A stretch of DNA of 42,338 nt from an uncultured Gammaproteobacteria bacterium (GCA_964608945.1 CAZSQB010000003.1:1-42338); one strand, 5' to 3'; positions 17,641 through 26,551 are shown, counted from the first letter of the stretch. Notes: generated from the sequence alone by a model not told the origin. A program made the numbers and translations.

Positions 17641-18951
17641 GTGGATATCTCAATTATTGAGGTTACATACCCGCTGAGTTTTCGCGAGAGGGACGCAAAG
17701 ATTCTCGGCGAGCATTTGCGCCATCGGCATTCAGTCGATCTTATTGGCATGAAGCGGGTAGGGATAAGCAATTTCCTGCGTTATTTCCTCTATCGGCCAG
17801 AAATTGTAACAAACTATATCAGCACTGAGCAAAAACACCTCTTTATTCCTGTGGATCTAAATGACCTGGTCGAGCGGGAGATTTATCCGTTCTGGTCGCT
17901 CACACTCAAGCGAATTGTCGATATCGTCAATGCATCCCATTTGCCCGGAGTAAATAAGCGAAAGATTGAATCCCTCTTTGAGAGCAGTATACAGTCACAG
18001 GATCTTTTTCTCATGATTGACAGTGTCAGGCAGGCGCTCATTGAGGCTATGAGCCAAGGCGTTGTTGTCACTCTGTTCTTCCTCCGCTTTGACCGGATGC
18101 GCGAGGTCGTAACGCCGCAATTTTTTGATAATTTGCAAGGCTTAAAAGATGCGACACATCAGAAGCTTGCCTATGTATTCACAAGCTTTCGAAGCCTAGA
18201 CAAACTTTCTCCAACAGCGTTTCCCAAAGCCTCGCTTTCGGTTTTTTCCCACCAGCTCTATGTAAAACCTGCTTCCTCTGTTGACACGCAGATTATTTAC
18301 CAGATGTATAAGAAGCGATACCAGCTTCAGCCGTCAGCAGACGTAGAAGAAGAGCTATTCCGCCTCGTTGACGGCTATGTACAATACTTACAACTCGCGC
18401 TTATTGTCCTAAACGAGAAGAAGACAGCAATTCCGCTAAAAAATGAGCTTTTCCAAGCTCTTCTGTCGGATGAGAGAATATTGCTTCAGTCGGAAGAGTT
18501 GTGGGAAAGCTTAGGGCGCGAGGAAAAAGACGCGCTTTTGAAGGTGAGTCGCGACGAGAGTCTTCCTGAAGACGCAAAAGCAAAGGCGTCGTATTTGTGG
18601 GATACAGGATTTGTCAAAGAAAGAGAAGGGAAACTAGAGCTATTCAGCCCATTGTTTACCGAATTCTTAGGCAGAAAAGACGATACTGATGTTCAACCTG
18701 GTGCAGCGGTCCATTTCAGCAAAAAGGAGCATATGCTCTATACGTTACTTGAGCAGCATGTTGATCAGATCTGCGAGCGAGAAACTATCGTTGAGACTGT
18801 GTGGCCAGAGTACCGAGAACTTGGTGTCTCTGACTGGGCGATTGATAGGCTTGTTGCGAGGGTACGCGTGAAGCTGAAGCAGCAGAAGAGTCCGTATGAG
18901 ATTGTGACGATCAGGACGAGAGGGTATAAATTGGCTTCTTTAAACCACTGA
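17641..18951 (+). CDS. Degenerate P-loop NTPase fused to a C-terminal OmpR/PhoB-type winged-helix domain (putative regulator)
   Basis: DLIGMKRVGISN (altered Walker A); FSKKEHMLYTLL..ICERETIVETVW..AIDRLVARVRVKL..IVTIRTRGYKL (Trans_reg_C); GTG 17641 lies 6 nt after TACAAT. Confidence 0.8.
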   Translation: MDISIIEVTYPLSFRERDAKILGEHLRHRHSVDLIGMKRVGISNFLRYFLYRPEIVTNYISTEQKHLFIPVDLNDLVEREIYPFWSLTLKRIVDIVNASHLPGVNKRKIESLFESSIQSQDLFLMIDSVRQALIEAMSQGVVVTLFFLRFDRMREVVTPQFFDNLQGLKDATHQKLAYVFTSFRSLDKLSPTAFPKASLSVFSHQLYVKPASSVDTQIIYQMYKKRYQLQPSADVEEELFRLVDGYVQYLQLALIVLNEKKTAIPLKNELFQALLSDERILLQSEELWESLGREEKDALLKVSRDESLPEDAKAKASYLWDTGFVKEREGKLELFSPLFTEFLGRKDDTDVQPGAAVHFSKKEHMLYTLLEQHVDQICERETIVETVWPEYRELGVSDWAIDRLVARVRVKLKQQKSPYEIVTIRTRGYKLASLNH

Positions 18952-18957
18952 GTATAT

Positions 18958-18990
18958 TTCCCGAGTATTCCCCGAATAATTACCGAATTC
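18958..18990. promoter_or_regulatory. Three 11-bp-periodic direct repeats upstream of a sigma70 promoter
   Basis: TTCCCGAGTAT TCCCCGAATAA TTACCGAATTC, then TTGACT (19013) and TGtTAGAAT (19032-19040). Confidence 0.45.
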
Positions 18991-19067
18991 AGAAAGATTG
19001 GCTTTCTACACATTGACTGGTATAGAAAAAGTGTTAGAATATAGCTGCTTAATAGGAAGATTCTTCT

Positions 19068-19634
19068 ATGACGAAAGAGCGCGAAGATACAAGGTTAGGT
19101 GGGGTTGCTCCTGATTCTTTGTTTCCTGTAGTTCCGATAGATATTGTTGTGCCTCCAAGTTCAGTAAGGGCAACTGATCAAGATATAGTCAGCGCTGATC
19201 GATACGTTGTGGATTCAGTTGAAGCTTGCCGAGAAGCCTCAGCCAACTTTGTCCCATCTTTATCTCGCAGAGGTCATATTCCTCAAGTGACCGAAGCTGT
19301 TGGAGAATATACTGGAGAATTATTCCAAGTTGATACTGTTGATGGGGTTGTTTTCTTAACTGGAGACAATCGTCGTGCCCCAACGACTCTGAACGTGCGC
19401 GTTCTCGGTCGGTTTGGCCAAGATACACCTGAGGCTGCAAATAACTTTCGCGCTGTCGCGACGGCAACGGCGGCACTTTCAGAACGGCTTGATGCTGTCG
19501 GGATGCCAACTGGGCTTCGTTTTATTAATATTCCAGACGGTGCCGTCTTGGGCAGAGAGGCGCAACTACGGGAATATTGGGGTCAAGATACGAGTCAACA
19601 ATTGCGAGCATTTATTGCTTTTCAGCGATCATAA
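19068..19634 (+). CDS. Hypothetical protein
   Basis: 188-aa ORF with its own promoter-like elements; no motif recognised. Confidence 0.6.
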   Translation: MTKEREDTRLGGVAPDSLFPVVPIDIVVPPSSVRATDQDIVSADRYVVDSVEACREASANFVPSLSRRGHIPQVTEAVGEYTGELFQVDTVDGVVFLTGDNRRAPTTLNVRVLGRFGQDTPEAANNFRAVATATAALSERLDAVGMPTGLRFINIPDGAVLGREAQLREYWGQDTSQQLRAFIAFQRS

Positions 19635-19761
19635 ATTACCTCGTACGTAATTGCCTCATATGTGAGGCTGTGCTACAATCAGCCTGCCCATTTAATCTTC
19701 CCGTTCGGCTCCAGGTACTATTCGTACACGGCTCACGGGGCAATTTGACGGGCCAAGCAGT

Positions 19762-21864
19762 ATGGACAAAGTATACGATCATAGAAAGGTAGAGGAGAGT
19801 ATTTACAAGCAATGGGAGGAGAGGGGGTATTTTAAGCCTGAAATACATCCAACGGGTAAGCCATATTCTATTATTCTGCCGCCGCCAAATGCGAATGCGC
19901 CGCTTCATTTTGGGCATGCGATGTATACCGTAGAGGACATCTTGATTCGTTACCACCGCATGAAAGGGGAGGCTGCGCTCTGGCTTCCCGGCACAGACCA
20001 CGCAGGAATTGAGACCCAGTTTGTATACGAGAAAAAGCTGCAAAATGAGGGTAAATCGCGGTTTGATTATGATCAAGAAACACTTTATAAGATGATTTGG
20101 GAATACGTTGAGCAGAATAAAGGAAGGATACAGAATCAACTGCGAAAACTCGGCTTTTCACTTGATTGGTCCCGGGAAAAATACACGCTTGATCCGGATA
20201 TTGTTGCGCTTATACATAAAACATTCAAGAAGATGTATGACGATGGTTTTGTCTACCGTGATTACCGGTTGGTGAATTACTGCACAAGAGACGGCACGTC
20301 CTTTTCTGATTTAGAAGTTGTTTATGAAGAGCGGAATAGCCCGCTGTATTACATTAAATATGGACCACTTATTCTGGCAACAACCCGTCCTGAAACAAAA
20401 TTCGGCGATACCGGTGTTGCGGTTCATCCACGTGATAAGCGATATAAACAGCATATCGGTACAGAAATAGAGATTGAGACGGTATTAGGAAAGGCAAAGA
20501 TTAAAGTTGTTGCCGATGAATCAGTCGACCCGGAGTTTGGTACTGGCGTTGTCAAGATCACGCCAGCACATGATTTCAACGACTTTGAGGTAGGGAGGCG
20601 GCATGGCTTACCGATGAAGCAGGTTATTGATTTTGACGGAAAGATGAATGAACATGCGGGGAAGTTTGCGGGTCTGTATGTCAAACAGGCCCGTAAAGCG
20701 ATTGTTGAGGAAATGCAGAAAAAAGGATTACTAGAAAAAATTGATGAAAACTACATTCATAGAATCGGATTGTGCTATAAGTGTAAAACCGTGCTTGAGC
20801 CACTTCCGCTTGAGCAATGGTTTGTGAAGGTTGAGACACTGAGGCGTGCAGCAATAGACGCTGTCAAAGAAGGGAAAATCAGAATCTATCCAAAAACATT
20901 TGAAACACACTACTTCCAATGGCTTGAGAATCTTCGCGACTGGAATATCTCACGACAAATTATCTGGGGAATACGAATTCCAGCCTGGAGGAACATCCAT
21001 ACTGGCGAGTGGCTAGTAACAGAGGGAGAAGCGCCTTCTGGGGATGAGTGGGAGCAGGATACAGACACGTTTGATACATGGTTTTCATCGGGCCAATGGC
21101 CCTTCGTAACACTCAGGGCAAGCCATGTTAAAAGTGACTTTGACAGGTTCTATCCAACTGCTGTTTTGGAGACTGCTTACGATATTTTGCGAGCGTGGGT
21201 ATCGCGAATGATAATGTTGGGACTATACATGACGGGGGAGAAGCCATTTAGCGATGTGTTATTTCATGGTATTGTTAACGATCCGTATGGCAAGAAGATG
21301 AGCAAGAGTAAAGGAAATGTCGTCAACCCCTTGGAGCTTATTGACCAATACGGTGCAGATGCAGTGCGTTTTGCCCTTATTTATGGCAATGCAACAGGCA
21401 ATGATCAGAGTCTGTCTTATTCGATGCTTGATGGAGCGAGGAAATTTACCAATAAACTGTGGAATATGGCGCGATTCATTGTGATGAATCGAACTCAAAA
21501 CTCAAAACTAAAAACTCAAAATTTAAGTTTAAAGGAACTAGAGAAGATAGCAAAGCACAAGAACGATAAGGAATGGACAAAGAAGACAAAAGACTTAGTT
21601 GAAGAAGTTACGAGATATCTGGATAATTACCAATTTAATCTCGCAGCAGAGCGTCTTTATGAATTCGCCTGGCACGAATTCGCCGACGTCTACATAGAAG
21701 ATGTAAAAAACAGAATCGATGGTAACTCATACTTAATACTCAATACTTTATACTTAATACTCTTAAAGTTGCTCCATCCCTTCATGCCTTTTGTGACTGA
21801 GGAGTTGTACAAGCAGCTTCAAGGAGAAGGAATGCTCGTTATTGCGTCTTGGCCAACAAAATAA
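19762..21864 (+). CDS. valS: Valine--tRNA ligase (short form without the C-terminal coiled-coil arm)
   Basis: PPPNANAPLHFGH, PGTDHAGIETQ, ATTRPET, KITPAHDFNDF, DWNISRQ, DTWFSSGQWP, KMSKSKGN, LLHPFMPFVTEE. Confidence 0.97.
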   Translation: MDKVYDHRKVEESIYKQWEERGYFKPEIHPTGKPYSIILPPPNANAPLHFGHAMYTVEDILIRYHRMKGEAALWLPGTDHAGIETQFVYEKKLQNEGKSRFDYDQETLYKMIWEYVEQNKGRIQNQLRKLGFSLDWSREKYTLDPDIVALIHKTFKKMYDDGFVYRDYRLVNYCTRDGTSFSDLEVVYEERNSPLYYIKYGPLILATTRPETKFGDTGVAVHPRDKRYKQHIGTEIEIETVLGKAKIKVVADESVDPEFGTGVVKITPAHDFNDFEVGRRHGLPMKQVIDFDGKMNEHAGKFAGLYVKQARKAIVEEMQKKGLLEKIDENYIHRIGLCYKCKTVLEPLPLEQWFVKVETLRRAAIDAVKEGKIRIYPKTFETHYFQWLENLRDWNISRQIIWGIRIPAWRNIHTGEWLVTEGEAPSGDEWEQDTDTFDTWFSSGQWPFVTLRASHVKSDFDRFYPTAVLETAYDILRAWVSRMIMLGLYMTGEKPFSDVLFHGIVNDPYGKKMSKSKGNVVNPLELIDQYGADAVRFALIYGNATGNDQSLSYSMLDGARKFTNKLWNMARFIVMNRTQNSKLKTQNLSLKELEKIAKHKNDKEWTKKTKDLVEEVTRYLDNYQFNLAAERLYEFAWHEFADVYIEDVKNRIDGNSYLILNTLYLILLKLLHPFMPFVTEELYKQLQGEGMLVIASWPTK
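21492..21526 (+). repeat. Heptamer array (AACTCAA-like)x5 inside valS
   Basis: aactcaa aactcaa aactaaa aactcaa aatttaa, translated TQNSKLKTQNL. Confidence 0.85.
21730..21761 (+). repeat. Heptamer array (TACTTAA-like)x4 inside valS
   Basis: tacttaa tactcaa tacttta tacttaa tact, translated YLILNTLYLIL. Confidence 0.85.
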
Positions 21865-21919
21865 GCTTCCTCTTGCAAAGCATATAGGTGATTCTTTACA
21901 ATAATTTGCGCTTGCCCAT

Positions 21920-22369
21920 ATGCCAAAATCCAAACTCCCCACAAAAAAATTTAAAAAAAAGGCAGTTATTGTCGGGTTGTCCAAAAAATCGCAATTCCCG
22001 AGCATTTTCCGAACAATTACCGAACTCCCAGGATTTTCCTTCCTGCCAGTGCTTAATCGGTGGGCAGTCGTTGGCTTTGTGTCTGGCATACTGCTCATGG
22101 GGATTATTATCACAGGCGTGAGCCTGTGGCAAAATAATGAGGCGTTAGCAAAGGTAAAGCAAGAACGAGCAAGGTATGTACAAGAAGTCGCATTTTGGAA
22201 GAGGGTAGTTGATCAGTATGACGGGTATCGGGATGGGTATTTTAAGCTTGCGCTTTTGACCTATCAACTTGGAGAAAAGACCCAGGCGCGATCATATCTG
22301 CAAAAAGCAATGGAGCTTGATCCGAATTTCCAAGAGGGAAGAGCGTTTGCGCAAAAATTGGGGAGCTAG
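21920..22369 (+). CDS. Single-TM protein with a C-terminal TPR
   Basis: TM segment WAVVGFVSGILLMGIIITGVSLW; YRDGYFKLALLTYQLGEKTQARSYLQKAMELDPN (TPR). Confidence 0.8.
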   Translation: MPKSKLPTKKFKKKAVIVGLSKKSQFPSIFRTITELPGFSFLPVLNRWAVVGFVSGILLMGIIITGVSLWQNNEALAKVKQERARYVQEVAFWKRVVDQYDGYRDGYFKLALLTYQLGEKTQARSYLQKAMELDPNFQEGRAFAQKLGS

Positions 22370-22371
22370 CG

Positions 22372-23106
22372 TTATTTTCCCTCTTTTTTCTCATCAATTG
22401 CTTTTTCTTCTTTCTCACCCTTTTCGCCTTTTTCACCCTCAGCCTTTTCTTCTCCGCCTTCTTCTTTCACCTCGCCCTTTTCACCCTCAGCCGCGGCTTC
22501 GCCTTCAGCGCCTTCCGCAGCCTCTTCAGGTGCTGGCTCTTCAGGCTCTTCTTGTACTGGTTCGTCAATCTTAACGATGATTTGTGCGGGATCGGTTAAG
22601 ATAGCGACGTCTGGATCGGTCTTGAGATCCTCAACTGAAATTTGGTCGCCGATATTTGCCAAATTTGTTACGTCAACGGTTATGTTTTCAGGCAATTTGT
22701 CTGGAAGCGCTTCGACTTCGACCTCTGAGACTTGCTGGAGTAAAATGCCAATCTTGTCGAGTACTGCTTTTGCTTCGCCTGTAATCTCAACTGGAACCAT
22801 GGCTTTTACTTTTTCTTTGAGGTTGACTTGGTAAAAATCAGCGTGAAGCGGCATGTGGGAGGGGTACTGAAGCTGTAAGTTCTTAACTAAGACCGGGCGC
22901 GTCTCGCCGTTGACTTGTAAATCAATAAGACCAGTCTCTCCGACTTCTTTAAATACAGTTTGGAATTCCTTAAGGTTGACCTGAATTGCGAGCGAGCTGA
23001 GGTCTTTACCGTAGACATTGGCTGGTAACAAGCCTTCTCTACGAAGCTTTTTGACTTTTTTGCCGACTACTTGTCGAGCATCTGCTTTCAAAACAGCGTG
23101 TTTCAT
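22372..23106 (-). CDS. rplY: 50S ribosomal protein L25/Ctc with an acidic tail
   Basis: GKKVKKLRREGLLPANVYG, PLHADFYQV, EVEALPDKLPENITVDV. Confidence 0.95.
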   Translation of the reverse strand: MKHAVLKADARQVVGKKVKKLRREGLLPANVYGKDLSSLAIQVNLKEFQTVFKEVGETGLIDLQVNGETRPVLVKNLQLQYPSHMPLHADFYQVNLKEKVKAMVPVEITGEAKAVLDKIGILLQQVSEVEVEALPDKLPENITVDVTNLANIGDQISVEDLKTDPDVAILTDPAQIIVKIDEPVQEEPEEPAPEEAAEGAEGEAAAEGEKGEVKEEGGEEKAEGEKGEKGEKEEKAIDEKKEGK

Positions 23107-23136
23107 ACGGAGTATTATACCATAGATACAAAGGAA

Positions 23137-23248
23137 ATTGTTTTATTGTTGCATTGTTTCATTGTTACTCTCTCCCTTTGGGAGAGAGCGAGAGTGAGGG
23201 AACAATTTAGCAATCTAGCAATCTAGCAATGTAACAATGTAACAATGG
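23137..23248. repeat. Composite element copy 2: (ATTGTTNN)x4 + CTCTCTCCC..GGGAGAGAG..GAGTGAGGG core + (A[A/G]CAATNN)x6
   Basis: Same architecture as 16203-16300; lies between divergent rplY and ruvC and abuts the ruvC TATAAT. Confidence 0.85.
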
Positions 23249-23260
23249 TATAATTTCGCT

Positions 23261-23767
23261 ATGCGTATTCTTGGCATTGATCCGGGAATTGGACGGACGG
23301 GGTGGGGAGTGGTAGAAGTTCAAAAATCAACCCTTCGACGCCGCTCAGGGCAAGAGCTAAAGGCGCAAAGCTATGGATGCGTTGAGACATTCTTAAAAGA
23401 CTCCCTAGAGCAACGATTATTTCAATTATACAAAGAGGTTAACGAAGTTATAAAAGAACATAAACCTGATGCATTGGCGATTGAGGAGTTGTTTTTTAAT
23501 ACCAACGCCAAGACCGCACTTGTTGTTGGGCAGGCAAGGGGAGTTGTATTGCTGGCAGCGGCTCAAAAAGGTTTGTCGGTTGCTGTCTATACGCCGCTTC
23601 AGGTAAAAATTGCAGTGACTGGGTATGGGAGAGCAGAGAAGAAACAAGTTGAGAGGATGGTTATGACACTTCTCGCTCTTACAAAAAAACCAAAATATGA
23701 CGATACCTCAGACGCGCTGGCAGTCGCGTTAACCCACGCCTATTCACGAAAGTATCCAACGGTCTAG
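23261..23767 (+). CDS. ruvC: Holliday junction resolvase RuvC with an in-frame repeat insertion
   Basis: MRILGIDPG, LAIEELFF, GQARGV, YTPLQVKIAVTGYGRAEKKQV, DDTSDALAVALTH. Confidence 0.97.
   Translation: MRILGIDPGIGRTGWGVVEVQKSTLRRRSGQELKAQSYGCVETFLKDSLEQRLFQLYKEVNEVIKEHKPDALAIEELFFNTNAKTALVVGQARGVVLLAAAQKGLSVAVYTPLQVKIAVTGYGRAEKKQVERMVMTLLALTKKPKYDDTSDALAVALTHAYSRKYPTV
23331..23354. repeat. 24-bp REP-like insert CCCTTCGACGCCGCTCAGGGCAAG in ruvC
   Basis: Reverse-complement relative of the 2629-2672 element; translated TLRRRSGQE. Confidence 0.8.
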
Positions 23768-23836
23768 GCAATACATGCGCCGCTCCAAAATGCTCATTCC
23801 CTTTGTGTGGTTAATAAGGGGTCCTTTTGTATAGAC

Positions 23837-23865
23837 TTGACCAAAAGAGAATAGGGCAGTAAAAT
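23837..23865 (+). promoter_or_regulatory. Sigma70-type promoter of the DUF1848 gene
   Basis: TTGACC-17 bp-TAAAAT, ATG 9 nt downstream. Confidence 0.65.
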
Positions 23866-23874
23866 GCCGCTGGC

Positions 23875-24780
23875 ATGTCTCTCGAAGCACGAGCAATTCC
23901 AACCGGACAGCTTCTTTTACCAAGTACCGACCTGACACCACGACCTGTGGTTGTTTCTGCTTCTCGAAGAACAGAAATGGTAGGACTACGGCCGAATTTA
24001 CTTGTAGAGAGATTGCAGCGTTTTCCACAGGAGATTCACTCAGTAGTTCTTTGGACAAAAGACCCAACGAATATATATGAAAATAAAGAATTGAGAGAGG
24101 AATTAGCAAAGCACAACCTCTTGGTTCATTTTACGCTTACAGGAATGGCAGGAACGCGGATTGAGCCGACAGTACCTGATGCCGAAACACTTCTTGCCCG
24201 CATGCCGCAGTTATTAGATTTTCTCGGTGATCCGCGGCGACTACGGTGGCGTTTTGACCCAATTGTTACTCTTAAAAAGGAAGATGGAGAATATTGGTCA
24301 AGCGTAGAATATTTTCCAAAATTAGCACAAGCAATGGCAAAATTTGGTATTAATAATTGTTATTTTTCTTTCTGTCAAATATATCCCAAATTTGCAAAAC
24401 GACATTTAGCTGAAGCAGGAATTTACTTAGTTACCCCATCGCGAGATGAGCAGCGAGTTGTTGTTGGGGAAATGAAGAAGATAGCAGATCGGTTAGGAAT
24501 CGCGTTGTATTCATGTGCGCAGCCATTGCTAGAAAATATACCTGGCATTACGCCAGCAAAATGCATCGACGCAGAGTTATTGACTGAACTACATCCGCAA
24601 AAACTGCCCGCTGATCCGGATCGTGATGCGACACAGGAAAAATATAGGCCAGCTTGCTATTGTACTGAGTCGAAAGATATTGGGAGTTATCTAGCATGCG
24701 GTCACGGATGTGTTTATTGCTATGCTGAAGCAGCAGTCCCTATCCCTACAAAGCTTATCCAAAAACCCATGCCAGAATAA
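23875..24780 (+). CDS. DUF1848 family protein (C-terminal CxxxCxxC Fe-S motif, radical-SAM/SPL-related)
   Basis: SASRRT, VLWTKDP, HFTLTG, IEPTVP, WRFDPI, KCID, CYCTESKDIGSYLACGHGCVYCYA. Confidence 0.88.
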   Translation: MSLEARAIPTGQLLLPSTDLTPRPVVVSASRRTEMVGLRPNLLVERLQRFPQEIHSVVLWTKDPTNIYENKELREELAKHNLLVHFTLTGMAGTRIEPTVPDAETLLARMPQLLDFLGDPRRLRWRFDPIVTLKKEDGEYWSSVEYFPKLAQAMAKFGINNCYFSFCQIYPKFAKRHLAEAGIYLVTPSRDEQRVVVGEMKKIADRLGIALYSCAQPLLENIPGITPAKCIDAELLTELHPQKLPADPDRDATQEKYRPACYCTESKDIGSYLACGHGCVYCYAEAAVPIPTKLIQKPMPE

Positions 24781-24785
24781 AGAAT

Positions 24786-24814
24786 TTGCTATTATAGGAT
24801 GCTTATAGTACAAT
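24786..24814 (+). promoter_or_regulatory. Sigma70-type promoter of the repeat-protein/helicase pair
   Basis: TTGCTA-17 bp-TACAAT, ATG 9 nt downstream. Confidence 0.6.
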
Positions 24815-24823
24815 TTTGCTCTT

Positions 24824-26551
24824 ATGGCAGGAGATATTGAGACAGCAAGAGAATCCATTGCTCCAACCGGTTGGGAAGTGGTGAGTCCAGAGGTCTTTGA
24901 TTCACTTCCTCCAGGGCCTCCAAGTCGTCAAAGAACACCTAAAGCAACAAACGGAGCTTCCAGCCATCTGACGGTAACGATGGCTCCTGTGCCTATATCA
25001 ACCGCTATCTATACGGACTTGCATTCTCCCGCCCAGCGATCAACATCAAGACGACAGGGACCATATAGCTATTGGACTCCAGAGCGAACAGAGGAAGAGT
25101 ATGGAAACTTCTATTTGATTACTGGAGATGCATCAGCTACCGCCCTAGTGGAATCGAACAGAGGAGACCTCCACCATGCAGTGAATAGATACCCAGGGGG
25201 ATTCAGAGGTTTAAAAAGAAAATTGAATGTCCCTCACGCTGATAGAAGATATAGAGATGAAAAAGCAAAAAGAAGAAGAGCTGTTGTAGAAAGCGAAGCC
25301 CAAGTAGATACTGACCTGAGAACTGTCCTTTCAGAAATAACCCGCAATAGCCGTGGTGATGTGCAATGGACGTTACCGGGAAACACAAATGTAGAAAATC
25401 TTTATTTAGGCATCAGTAACATAAGAGGTCTTTTTCTTGAACAATTTCCCACATTTGATGAGCTTTTCCCACGTGGAGAAGACGGAGTAATATTAGAGCA
25501 TAAAAGAGAGGAAGCAAAACGCTTTGTCCTTGATCGCTTAGGAAGCAGTAAAGCGATTAATTCATTATGGGGATCTGCCACTAACGCGAAAGTAGCTCCT
25601 TATTTTGGGGGCTCATATATAATCGTTATTAAAGAGTCTTTTAGGACATGGGGACTTGAGTTTGGTATTGAAGACAGTCCTAAGCTGAGAGATTCAAATA
25701 ATGCCCCTATTGTAGATGAAGATGGTAGAGTATTGGTTCCTCTAGATTTTGCTGGACGGTACCTTTGGGCCACATTAGAAGACAAGCCTGAACAACTAAA
25801 GAAAGCAATACAAATAGCAGCAAAAAGACAAGTGGAAAATGGAGTACTACTAACTTCAAATAGTTTGCAACAGGCAGGCGAACATAGCTTAATTAACGTC
25901 ATAACCAAACGATATCCAGGTGGACTTTCTGCCTTGAAGCGAGAGTTAGGTATAAGCACAGACAAGCTTCCAAGAGGTTATTGGAATGCAGACTTAGTTA
26001 GAGAAGAGGCGGTAAGATTTCTGCAACGAGAAGGCGAGTTAACGAGGGCATTATTAATAGAAAGAGGAGAAGGGCGTCTTGGAGATGCTATTAATAGGCA
26101 TTACCCAGGTGCCTTGACTCAGTTAAAAGTAGATATTGGCTCGCAGAGCGTTAAAAAACCAAATGGTTATTGGGTGCCCGAAAGAGTTCGGCAAGAAGCA
26201 TTAAAATTTCTTCAAGAAACCGGATATTTGTCTCATGTTTCGCTTGATAAATTTGGAAGATGGGATCTTATTGGTGGAATTAACGGCTATCCGGGCGGAA
26301 TGACCGCATTAAAAGAAGAACTAGGAATTCCTCATCAGCCGAGAAAACGAGAAGTGGAAAAAAGCAATAAGGAGCAAAATGGAAAACCTGTAACAGATTT
26401 TGAAGTTCAAGCAGTCTTTGTTACGCTTTCTCCCGAAGATAAACATGAAATTCTGGCATCTTTTAGATTGTATATTAGAGAAAACCCTCATACAACGATG
26501 TCAGTTATGGATTTTATTTATAACTCGTTGCAGAGGGAAGGGAAAATATGA
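24824..26551 (+). CDS. Hypothetical protein with four ~60-aa helical repeats (YW...YPGG...LK.ELG)
   Basis: Repeats seen directly; the stop overlaps the next start (ATGA 26548-26551). Confidence 0.85.
   Translation: MAGDIETARESIAPTGWEVVSPEVFDSLPPGPPSRQRTPKATNGASSHLTVTMAPVPISTAIYTDLHSPAQRSTSRRQGPYSYWTPERTEEEYGNFYLITGDASATALVESNRGDLHHAVNRYPGGFRGLKRKLNVPHADRRYRDEKAKRRRAVVESEAQVDTDLRTVLSEITRNSRGDVQWTLPGNTNVENLYLGISNIRGLFLEQFPTFDELFPRGEDGVILEHKREEAKRFVLDRLGSSKAINSLWGSATNAKVAPYFGGSYIIVIKESFRTWGLEFGIEDSPKLRDSNNAPIVDEDGRVLVPLDFAGRYLWATLEDKPEQLKKAIQIAAKRQVENGVLLTSNSLQQAGEHSLINVITKRYPGGLSALKRELGISTDKLPRGYWNADLVREEAVRFLQREGELTRALLIERGEGRLGDAINRHYPGALTQLKVDIGSQSVKKPNGYWVPERVRQEALKFLQETGYLSHVSLDKFGRWDLIGGINGYPGGMTALKEELGIPHQPRKREVEKSNKEQNGKPVTDFEVQAVFVTLSPEDKHEILASFRLYIRENPHTTMSVMDFIYNSLQREGKI

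Noticed and set aside
22380-22560. Repetitive low-complexity DNA at the 3' end of rplY
   Set aside because: Explained by the common Glu/Gly/Lys-rich tail of L25/Ctc.
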